Source: Bifidobacterium breve (GTDB lineage: Bacteria; Actinomycetota; Acidimicrobiia; Acidimicrobiales; Ilumatobacteraceae). Taken from it: a DNA stretch of 64,000 nucleotides. Made by a program: the position numbers and the translations under genes. The notes under the pieces were generated by a model that was given only the letters and a program-made list of their open reading frames with translations, searched no databases and had not been told where the DNA came from. Below, one piece after another: positions 9,176 to 16,957 of this stretch (positions within the stretch are counted from its first letter, which is position 1; each line of letters starts with the position of its first letter). The stretch spans positions 34,394 to 98,393 of the forward strand of contig CAMAYS010000001.1 in assembly GCA_945862545.1 (NCBI GenBank), written 5' to 3'.

Positions 9176-9199
9176 AATTAAATAGGTTACTATTTAATT
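9176..9199. promoter_or_regulatory. perfect 10-4-10 palindrome AATTAAATAG-GTTA-CTATTTAATT containing motif 2 (AAATAGGTTACTATTT)
   Basis: Read directly. Lies in the AT-rich divergent region between ACAD 7894..9141 and the HAD::ligase gene. A half-site AATAGGTCA is at 9227..9235. Confidence 0.5.
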
Positions 9200-9298
9200 G
9201 GTCTTAAATAACCAACAAACTTGTGCAATAGGTCAGGGTTCTATTTCGGGTCTTATCGGCTTGAGGGTTTGTGGCACTGAACGTTGGGTTGGCGGTAC

Positions 9299-11167
9299 AT
9301 GATGGCGGTTTGGATTTTCGATGTTGACGGGACACTCATTGGTTCAATTCGCAGTGAGATAACGCGTCCTGGGGCATTGGAACTGTTAGAGGCCCTCAGG
9401 GATCGCGCGGAGACTTGCCTTTGTTGGAGCGCCGGGGGAGATACGTATGCCCGAGAGATGATGCAACAACATGGTTTAGCGGAGTTTTTTGAGGGTTTTT
9501 ATTCGAAACTGAACCGTAATTCGCAAAATCATTACTCGTTGGACCATATTCCCGATCGTCACAGGCCTGACATTTTCGTTGATGATTCGCCCGTTGATCT
9601 TCTCCCTGATCGCGAAATCGTCTCCGTATCGCAGTTCATGGGCAACAATGTCGCTGACCGTTCCCTTTTTGACATCCGTGATTCTCTTGATCTCCCTCGA
9701 CGACTTGTGAGACAGAGGTTGGAGACTTTGTTTCATCGATACCCCGAAGAGCAGTCGATTCAGTTTGAAGATAGTTGGGTGAAATGGGGCGAGATTGGAA
9801 ATTTTGCAGAGTCACTCTCTGAAGTTTTGATAAGTCACGGAATTCCAGAAGGAGTAGGGCTTTCAATGTTGATGCGTCAGCGACCTGCGATGCTGGTATC
9901 TCAACTAGCCGTGCTCGCACTTGGACGGACAGCGATTTTGGTTTCTCCCTTGCAGTCTGATTCTGAACTGATTTCAGAGGTATCAGACTCTGACACCGCC
10001 GTACTCCTGGTTCACCACAAAGATTGGGGGCGCCCCGGGCTTAAGGATGTTGCGCTTAAAGCATGCTGTGTCGTGATCATTGTTGATGACATTTTCCAGA
10101 TGAGTGTGATCCGGGGAAGCGCGAATATCCCTCATGTCAAGCAGGTTGATACCGCAGTGACCGTTTTGACGAGCGGAACAACTGGTCGGCCAAAACGACT
10201 ACCAGTTAACTGGAAGTCATTTGTTGAAGTTGGTGGAGGTGCATCCGAGAATATTTTGCGGCCAGTCGTGTCAGGACGCGGAGCGTTGATTCTCTCCTTG
10301 CCCCTAGTAACTCTTGGAGGACTTCTGAGTATCTCACGTCTTATTTTTGGGGGGCGCCCGCTATCAATGATGGAACGTTTCGATGTCCATGTTTGGGCAA
10401 GTCTTGTACAGCAGCATCGCCCGAAGGTGATTGGTGCTCCACCTGCCGTTCTTCAGATGATCCTTGATGCTGGTTTCGAAGCAGATTATTTTTCTGGAGT
10501 TACTGCCTTTGTCACTTCGTCTGCTCCACTAAGGCCCGAGATAGCTCAGGCCTTTGAAGAAAAATATCACATTCCGGTGCTACTCAGTTATGGAGCAACG
10601 GAGTTTTTGAACAGTGTGACTGGATGGTCAAATGATCTCTGGAGAGAATTTGGTGCAAGAAAGTTGGGCAGTGTCGGTCGTGCTTCAGCGGATGTAAAAC
10701 TGCGTATTATCGATGTGAGGGATGGGTCAGAAGTAGCGATTGGTAACGAAGGAATACTGGAAGTTGATCCCCCTCAGCGAGCTGGCGGCCTAGCGCCGGG
10801 ATGGCTGCGAACGAACGATCTTGCACGAATTGACGCCGACGGCTTCCTGTGGATTTTGGGCCGCACTGATGACGTGATTATTCGCGGTGGCTTTAAAGTA
10901 GATCTACGTCAGGTTGAAGATGTTTTACGGCAACACGGCAAGGTAATTGATTGTTGTGTTCTTGGTGTTGATGATTCACGCCTCGGAGAAGTGCCTCGGG
11001 CCGTTGTCGTTGGTCTGGGCGTCGGGATTGAAGAGCTCAATGTATGGATGAAGGAGCGGGTTGCTGTGTATGCAGTTCCAGAACGCATCGTGCTCGTTGA
11101 CTCGATACCAGTCACTGCGAACTTTAAAGTTGATCGTGTAGCAGTTCGAGTTATCCTTCAGCGATAA
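9299..11167 (+). CDS. fusion protein: N-terminal HAD-superfamily phosphatase-like domain + AMP-forming acyl-CoA/acyl-AMP ligase
   Basis: ORF track 9284..11167; likely start at the ATG ATG at 9299/9302. HAD motif I FDVDGTL, motif II-like CWSAGG, motif IV-like FVDDSP in the first ~125 aa. Then LTSGTTGRPKR, YGATE and TNDLARIDADGFLWILGRTDDVIIRGGFKV of adenylate-forming enzymes. Confidence 0.8.
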   Translation: MMAVWIFDVDGTLIGSIRSEITRPGALELLEALRDRAETCLCWSAGGDTYAREMMQQHGLAEFFEGFYSKLNRNSQNHYSLDHIPDRHRPDIFVDDSPVDLLPDREIVSVSQFMGNNVADRSLFDIRDSLDLPRRLVRQRLETLFHRYPEEQSIQFEDSWVKWGEIGNFAESLSEVLISHGIPEGVGLSMLMRQRPAMLVSQLAVLALGRTAILVSPLQSDSELISEVSDSDTAVLLVHHKDWGRPGLKDVALKACCVVIIVDDIFQMSVIRGSANIPHVKQVDTAVTVLTSGTTGRPKRLPVNWKSFVEVGGGASENILRPVVSGRGALILSLPLVTLGGLLSISRLIFGGRPLSMMERFDVHVWASLVQQHRPKVIGAPPAVLQMILDAGFEADYFSGVTAFVTSSAPLRPEIAQAFEEKYHIPVLLSYGATEFLNSVTGWSNDLWREFGARKLGSVGRASADVKLRIIDVRDGSEVAIGNEGILEVDPPQRAGGLAPGWLRTNDLARIDADGFLWILGRTDDVIIRGGFKVDLRQVEDVLRQHGKVIDCCVLGVDDSRLGEVPRAVVVGLGVGIEELNVWMKERVAVYAVPERIVLVDSIPVTANFKVDRVAVRVILQR

Positions 11168-12222
11168 TTACGCATTTCGCGCAACATTCGAGCGAAGTGA
11201 TCGGCGCGCCAGCCATCTTGGTCCTCGCCCCATCCAACACGCCCCTCAAAGTCCCATTTCATTGAGGCATTCGATCCGGCCCCGCCTTCACACATATGAC
11301 TAAGAGCAGTTCCCTCGGCTTGCATAGTGCGCCCACTTCGGTCAACAAGCTCAACTTCCATGTGCGAACTCCATCCAGTATTTGGATCTCGATAATTGCG
11401 CATACGACTCAGCGATTTATCGAGACGTTCAAAGCGTCCATCCTTCAACAACCAACCCATATTTAATGGGGACCAGCCGTTCTCATCGCCATCTTGCACT
11501 CGAACAAATGAAAGAAATCCGCATTGATCGCGGTCATGTCCAAAGATGTATTGAATTCGCCCGCGACCTCGTTCACGTTCCACCTGTCTCCAGGAAGGGC
11601 CACCTGGGTGTAAAACCCGGTTTCGTTGTGCAACTTCTGCATTTGGTGTTATCGCGTGTGAGTGATGTCGGCTGCGCGGACCCCATGTGCGGTCCCGTAT
11701 GGAGTAGCAGTCAATAGAAATACGTTCTCCATTAAGGACAAGTTCTCCGATGAGATGGCCTAGTTGGTCTAGATGAGGGTTGTGAAGTGCAGGAGCTTCA
11801 CCGGGGGTGAAGCGATGAGGCGGATGTACGCTGCGATGTTCAAACTCAATTGAGAATCGATTCTCTAGATCGCCATATGCAATGTGATAGTCCATCAGCG
11901 GTTTGAGCATCTTGACGCTGAATCCACCGTTTGGGAAACAAATATCACGAAGATCAACATCTTTATTAATAGGTACATCAGAGACAATCTTGAAATAGGG
12001 TAAGCGCCCAGGATCAGCTCCAGATGGGTCCCAGAGGAATACTCGCCATGTCACCGTGCCATTATTGGTGTGGCGACCAGCATGTAGCCATCCACCGATA
12101 CGGCGTTCAGGCACGTTGAAGGACCACCACGTCGTCTCAAACCAAAGTGGATCATCTACCGTGGGTTGATGATATAAATCATCTTCTGGGGTAAAAGGTG
12201 TGTCTTCAAAAATTTGATTCAT
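11158..12222 (-). CDS. conserved hypothetical protein, Trp-rich, probably beta-rich; function unknown
   Basis: 354-aa uninterrupted ORF in operon position upstream of the amidohydrolase gene. No catalytic motif recognisable by eye (WFETTWWSFNVPERRIGGWLHAG...). Its 3' end overlaps the convergent ligase gene by 10 nt. Confidence 0.6.
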   Translation of the reverse strand: MNQIFEDTPFTPEDDLYHQPTVDDPLWFETTWWSFNVPERRIGGWLHAGRHTNNGTVTWRVFLWDPSGADPGRLPYFKIVSDVPINKDVDLRDICFPNGGFSVKMLKPLMDYHIAYGDLENRFSIEFEHRSVHPPHRFTPGEAPALHNPHLDQLGHLIGELVLNGERISIDCYSIRDRTWGPRSRHHSHAITPNAEVAQRNRVLHPGGPSWRQVERERGRGRIQYIFGHDRDQCGFLSFVRVQDGDENGWSPLNMGWLLKDGRFERLDKSLSRMRNYRDPNTGWSSHMEVELVDRSGRTMQAEGTALSHMCEGGAGSNASMKWDFEGRVGWGEDQDGWRADHFARMLREMRNYR

Positions 12223-12237
12223 TGTTGTTCTTCGCTT

Positions 12238-13164
12238 TCAGTTGAGTTGGTAAGTCCTTAGTGCAGTGTTACAGAAAAGATCGTCGCGTTCAGATTGGCT
12301 GTAATCGGAACTGATGAGATCAAATGTTGCCCAAACAGTGACATAGTCAAGCGAAAAACGATCGACCGGAAAATTGCTCTCAAACATGCAACGAGATGGT
12401 TCGAATGTCTCGATACACCAGCGAATTGGTTCGCCCCAGGCGACTGCGACTTCTTGAGAAGTCGGTTGCGAGTCTTGCTTATGCCATTGTTGGCCGTAAA
12501 GAGGCATCCCAATCCCGCCGATTTTGAGAACAACATTGGGGCACTTGGCAACTTGGCTCATCAGCGACCGCCATTGAGTCAAGACAACTTGTCGATCTAG
12601 ATATGGCCCAAGAACAATTGGACCTCCGAGATGATTGAGAATAATTTTTGTCTCCGGGAAAGTTTGTGCCAAATCTACGATGTCGAGAAGTTGTGGGAAG
12701 TAAACCCAAGCATCGAAAGTAAGCCCGCGTTGTGCCAACAAACTGAATCCATCGCGAAACCGCGGATCAAGTAAAAGTTGTGGCCCAGCATGGGGTGGCA
12801 AGTCCTTGATGAGATGACTTGGATCCCATGTGGCACGCTGGCGTATGCCGCGTAATCGGTCTCCTGCTGCATCACGATGGGCATCAAGTGATTCCTCGGT
12901 CAGTGATCCCAAGCGAAGATCTGTCTGCGCCACAATCCCAGTAATGATATCCGTGGCACAATTGGCCACCCATTCGGTTTCGCCAACGGAACGCAGATGC
13001 TCTGGACCCGTTGGTCGATACCATGCATCACACTCAACAAAGATGGTGCTCTTCACTTGAGGCACTGTCGTGAGATCCTCAAGAAGTGAACTCAACACAT
13101 AGCGCGAAGAGACGATGTCCCACAGGTGATGATGTGGATCACAAATTCGGTCTGGAAGAGTCAT
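12238..13164 (-). CDS. amidohydrolase_2 (TIM-barrel metal hydrolase), lactonase-like subgroup
   Basis: 308-aa ORF. N-terminal CDPHHHLWD (D-x-H-x-H-x-W, as in COG3618 LigI/fuconolactonase-type enzymes). ATGA overlap with the upstream LLM gene. Confidence 0.8.
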   Translation of the reverse strand: MTLPDRICDPHHHLWDIVSSRYVLSSLLEDLTTVPQVKSTIFVECDAWYRPTGPEHLRSVGETEWVANCATDIITGIVAQTDLRLGSLTEESLDAHRDAAGDRLRGIRQRATWDPSHLIKDLPPHAGPQLLLDPRFRDGFSLLAQRGLTFDAWVYFPQLLDIVDLAQTFPETKIILNHLGGPIVLGPYLDRQVVLTQWRSLMSQVAKCPNVVLKIGGIGMPLYGQQWHKQDSQPTSQEVAVAWGEPIRWCIETFEPSRCMFESNFPVDRFSLDYVTVWATFDLISSDYSQSERDDLFCNTALRTYQLN

Positions 13165-14243
13165 GCCGGTGTCTCTCGATTAATCAACTTCACGAGTTCA
13201 AGAACTCTTGCCAATGAGTCAAGTTTTTCAGTGGGCGTTCGCCCTATTGGATCAAGACGCAAATTGGTCACACCTGCATCGCGGTAGGCACGTATCCGAC
13301 TCGTGACTTCTGCATCATTGCCCATCAGGCTGGTGCCGATTGCTAGTTCATCGGGCACTGCCTTCATCGCTTCATCCCGCTTTCCTGCGATCCAAAGTTC
13401 TTGTACACGGTGCGCTGGCTCGGCAAATCCGATCTGTGAAAATGCATTATTGTAAAAATTTGTTTCTGCTGATCCCATAGCCCCGAGTTGAAAGGCGAGA
13501 GCTTTCTTGCGTGCCAATAGCGGGCGCTCTATATCGTCGGTGAAGGCAATTGGTCCTCCAGCAGTGATTTCAAGGTCTTCTATTTTTCGACCCGTAGATT
13601 GAGCACCAGCACTCAGATGTTCGAAGTAATACTTTGATTTCTCGGGGACAAAGCAGGTCCCAACCCAACCGTCTGCGACTGCCCCCGTGTACCGCAAGGC
13701 ACGAGGTCCGAGCGTTGCCAAATAGATCGGGAGATTGGGTCGTGCCGGTTGGCCAATGCGGATCGCCTTACCTTGGCTGTTCGCAAGCGGCAAGTCAATC
13801 TGTTGACCGTGGTATTCAACCTTGTTCCCAGCTAGAGCGATACGAATGACATCAACAGTTTCACGCAGTCTTTCGAGTGGGCGTTCGTACCGTTGACCGT
13901 GCATCCCCTCAACAACCTGGGGGCCGCTCACCCCGAGTCCGAGTATGAAGCGCCCGTTTGAGACATGGTCAAGGGTCATTGCGGTCATTGCGGTCATTAC
14001 TGGAGTACGGGCAGAGATTTGTAGGATGCCAGCCGCTATCTTGATCCGAGAAGTGAGGGCGGCTACGAAGGCAAGCGGAACGACAGCGTCGGTGCCCCAT
14101 GCTTCAGCTGACCAAACCATGTCAACACCGAGATCTTCAGCATCGACTACATGTTGCGCTACAGAGTGAAAATCTGAAGACGAATCAAAAACAAAATCAT
14201 TCATTGAAATTGATGTTTGTATCTGCGGACGTTTGACCGTCAT
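13161..14243 (-). CDS. luciferase-like monooxygenase (LLM) class, probably F420-dependent, oxidoreductase
   Basis: 360-aa ORF. LLM pattern (DMVWSAEAWGTDAVVPLAFVAA..., RFILGLGVSGPQVVEGMHG). Confidence 0.8.
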   Translation of the reverse strand: MTVKRPQIQTSISMNDFVFDSSSDFHSVAQHVVDAEDLGVDMVWSAEAWGTDAVVPLAFVAALTSRIKIAAGILQISARTPVMTAMTAMTLDHVSNGRFILGLGVSGPQVVEGMHGQRYERPLERLRETVDVIRIALAGNKVEYHGQQIDLPLANSQGKAIRIGQPARPNLPIYLATLGPRALRYTGAVADGWVGTCFVPEKSKYYFEHLSAGAQSTGRKIEDLEITAGGPIAFTDDIERPLLARKKALAFQLGAMGSAETNFYNNAFSQIGFAEPAHRVQELWIAGKRDEAMKAVPDELAIGTSLMGNDAEVTSRIRAYRDAGVTNLRLDPIGRTPTEKLDSLARVLELVKLINRETPA

Positions 14244-14245
14244 GA

Positions 14246-15052
14246 TTAAGTGCCCGTAAATTGTGGTGGGCGTTTTTTCGCAAAAGCAGTCATGCCTTCT
14301 TTGAAATCGTTGGAGCGAATGGTGAGTTCAACTGCCATAGATTCGTCGTGTAGAGCACCAGTAAGATCGGAGAGAGCACCGGCATTCAGTAGACGCTTAG
14401 AGGCGGCGATTGCTTGAGTAGCCGAGTTCGCTAATTTTTGAACTAGTTCAAGAGCCGTGGCTTCAAGTTCTGCGGGAGCTACCAGTTCCGTCACTAGGCC
14501 CCATTCGCTAGCCCGCAACGCATCAATGTCTTCAGAAAGATAAATCATCTGTTTGGCGCGACTGATTCCGATGAGGCGCGGCAATAACCACGAACCGCCA
14601 CTATCAACATTGAAACCCCTTTGCGAAAATGGTTCACTAAAAATTGCAAGAGAGCTACAAATTGTAAAATCAGTGGCAAGTGCTAAATGACAGCCAAAAC
14701 CCATGGCCCGACCTTGGATCGCGGCGACGGTCGGAACTCGGCAATGAAAGAGTGATTCGATCAGGCGATGATGATTTTTCGCCAAGTTTCGAACCATGTG
14801 TCCGATCACGGGCTTGTCATCGCCGTGGGGTCCGCCTAAGGCCGCTCCAGTACAGAAGTGCTTTCCATTACTGCGAAGTAGCACTGCCCGAGTGGTGTTG
14901 TTCCCCAATGACACTTCATCGAGAATGTCCGCCAACGCACTGGCGGCACTTCCCGTTAATGAGTTTCCTCGATCAATGGCATTCAGGGAGATGGTCAGTA
15001 TTGAGCCATCCTGATGGATCTCGAACTCGGATGAGATACTTGTGTTCATCAC
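14246..15052 (-). CDS. enoyl-CoA hydratase/isomerase family protein
   Basis: 268-aa ORF. FCTGAAL and AAIQGRAMGFGCHLALATDFTICS. Confidence 0.85.
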   Translation of the reverse strand: MMNTSISSEFEIHQDGSILTISLNAIDRGNSLTGSAASALADILDEVSLGNNTTRAVLLRSNGKHFCTGAALGGPHGDDKPVIGHMVRNLAKNHHRLIESLFHCRVPTVAAIQGRAMGFGCHLALATDFTICSSLAIFSEPFSQRGFNVDSGGSWLLPRLIGISRAKQMIYLSEDIDALRASEWGLVTELVAPAELEATALELVQKLANSATQAIAASKRLLNAGALSDLTGALHDESMAVELTIRSNDFKEGMTAFAKKRPPQFTGT

Positions 15053-15114
15053 ACGAATATAGGTGAAGATTTAATGGATTGCTAGCGACGGACCGAGCAT
15101 GACCAGTTACATTT

Positions 15115-15729
15115 TTAGGCTCTATGGCCCAGGGCGCGCAGAACAAAGGCCAAAGTTGCCCTCTGGTCGTGTTGTTCGAGATGAATTAATGGCGTTGAAA
15201 TTCCTGCAGCGTGCATCACAGCAGAACCGACCAGCGAGACCACTGTTGTCGAATCCTCAAAATGAAATTCACCTGCGGCGAGCCCAGAATTAATGGCTTC
15301 CCGTAAAGGCGCAATGAGGAGATCGCGTCCAACGGTGACTGCGTTCCCAAAAGCAGATGATGTGTAGCCAATGATTGATCCGAGGACCATGACTCGTTCA
15401 GCGCGACGTCCCGAGCGTAGAAAGCTAAAAATCTCGTCCACCCAAGCAGTGACTGCTTCAAGGGAGGATGCTGTAGCACTAAGGCGAAGCACTAGGCGAT
15501 CTGCCGCTTTTTGGGCATCACCTAGGTACATCGCTGCAAGCAAAGAATCCTTCGATTCAAAGTGTCGGTAAAAGGTGCGTGTTGAAACATTTGCGCGGAG
15601 AAGAATATCTGAAATTGTGAAGTCAATACCTTTATCGCGCAAAGCAGTAAAGGCAGCATTCAAGAGAAGCCCTCGCTCTATTTCAGGGTCATGGAGTCTC
15701 GGCCGACCGACCGACCGATGATCTGTCAT
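15115..15729 (-). CDS. TetR-family transcriptional regulator
   Basis: 204-aa ORF. N-terminal HTH LLNAAFTALRDKGIDFTISDILLRANVSTRTFYRHFESKDSLL. Only 9 nt downstream of the preceding gene, so probably co-transcribed. Confidence 0.85.
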   Translation of the reverse strand: MTDHRSVGRPRLHDPEIERGLLLNAAFTALRDKGIDFTISDILLRANVSTRTFYRHFESKDSLLAAMYLGDAQKAADRLVLRLSATASSLEAVTAWVDEIFSFLRSGRRAERVMVLGSIIGYTSSAFGNAVTVGRDLLIAPLREAINSGLAAGEFHFEDSTTVVSLVGSAVMHAAGISTPLIHLEQHDQRATLAFVLRALGHRA

Positions 15730-15738
15730 AGTAAAAGA

Positions 15739-16896
15739 CTACGCGAGCATCGTTGAGTGTTGTTCGACACCAGGGAAGAGCTCGTTAAATGAGCCTGTCG
15801 TTATTCTCGCCTGCGTGGCAGCGTCAACGCCGTCAAAGAGGTGGTGCAGAGTCTCTTGAGTGTGTCCGTAGGTTCCTTCCAAATGTGGATAATCGCTTCC
15901 CCACATAACATTTTGGTAACCCATTGCCGTCACCGCAGCGATCGCGGTTTCGTCATGTTGGAATGATGCGAACACCTGGGAGTAGAGAATTTCCTTGGGA
16001 GTGCGAGACAATTTGGGACGCACCATCATGGCGTGTTGACGATAACCCTCAGTCATTCTGTCAGCGAGGAATGGAACCCAAGTGGCACCACCTTCGCTGA
16101 CGAGTACCTTGAGATTTGGGTGGCGATCAAGAGCCCCCGAAGCGACCATCTTCATCGTCGCACGTTGCCCAGAAAAAGTTGTTTCGGTGTAATTGAGTAA
16201 GGCTCCTCCGGGTCCGCGATAGGCAATGCCAATGACCTCCCCAGCCATCATGTCCACCGGATCAGTACCGATATGAAAGGCGATCACCATCTTGGCCTCG
16301 GCAGCGGCTGCCCAAAAAGGTTCCCATTCATCATGGTTGTAATCGGGGGTACTCGCAGGGGGAGTCGTGGGAAGAAATACTGAGCGGAACCCCATAGATG
16401 CCGTGCGCTGGAGTTCGGCGATGGCGTCAGTAATTGACAGCATCGAAACTTGCGCGGTCGCAAGCAGGCGCGGTGAGATATCCATGATCTCGCTTTTGGC
16501 CCAGTCATTGCTGACCGTGATGGCTGCCCGCAAAGCCTCAGGGTTTCGAAAGGAAGCGTTCCACAAGCCGAGGCTAGGGAACACGACCTCGGCCCAAATT
16601 CCCTCATGGTCGAGATCTACGAGACGAAGGCGGGAATCATTGGAGCCGGGAGCGCGTTGTGAGGCTCCGAGGAACTCCTGCTGTGTCTGACCAGGTAACT
16701 TGCGCCGAAAGGATTGACCGTCGACGTGCACAGTTTCCCATCGTCCATCTGGATCCTTGACAGCGTAGGGCATGAGATCGGCGTATTGCTTGGGGACATT
16801 GTTGCGCCACAGATCATCTGGTTCGATAAAATGTGAGTCGCCCGAGTTAGCCCAGATCTTGGTTGTCGGGGTTTGAGATGTGATAACCGAACTCAT
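15739..16896 (-). CDS. amidohydrolase_2 family protein
   Basis: 385-aa ORF. ANSGDSHFIEPDDLW N-terminus, later FHIG and WGSDYPHLEG motifs typical of ACMSD-like amidohydrolases. Confidence 0.8.
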   Translation of the reverse strand: MSSVITSQTPTTKIWANSGDSHFIEPDDLWRNNVPKQYADLMPYAVKDPDGRWETVHVDGQSFRRKLPGQTQQEFLGASQRAPGSNDSRLRLVDLDHEGIWAEVVFPSLGLWNASFRNPEALRAAITVSNDWAKSEIMDISPRLLATAQVSMLSITDAIAELQRTASMGFRSVFLPTTPPASTPDYNHDEWEPFWAAAAEAKMVIAFHIGTDPVDMMAGEVIGIAYRGPGGALLNYTETTFSGQRATMKMVASGALDRHPNLKVLVSEGGATWVPFLADRMTEGYRQHAMMVRPKLSRTPKEILYSQVFASFQHDETAIAAVTAMGYQNVMWGSDYPHLEGTYGHTQETLHHLFDGVDAATQARITTGSFNELFPGVEQHSTMLA

Positions 16897-16957
16897 TACG
16901 ACACTCTATATCTCGTTGGCTAATTTGGCAATGACATTCTCAAACTAAGAGATTGGC

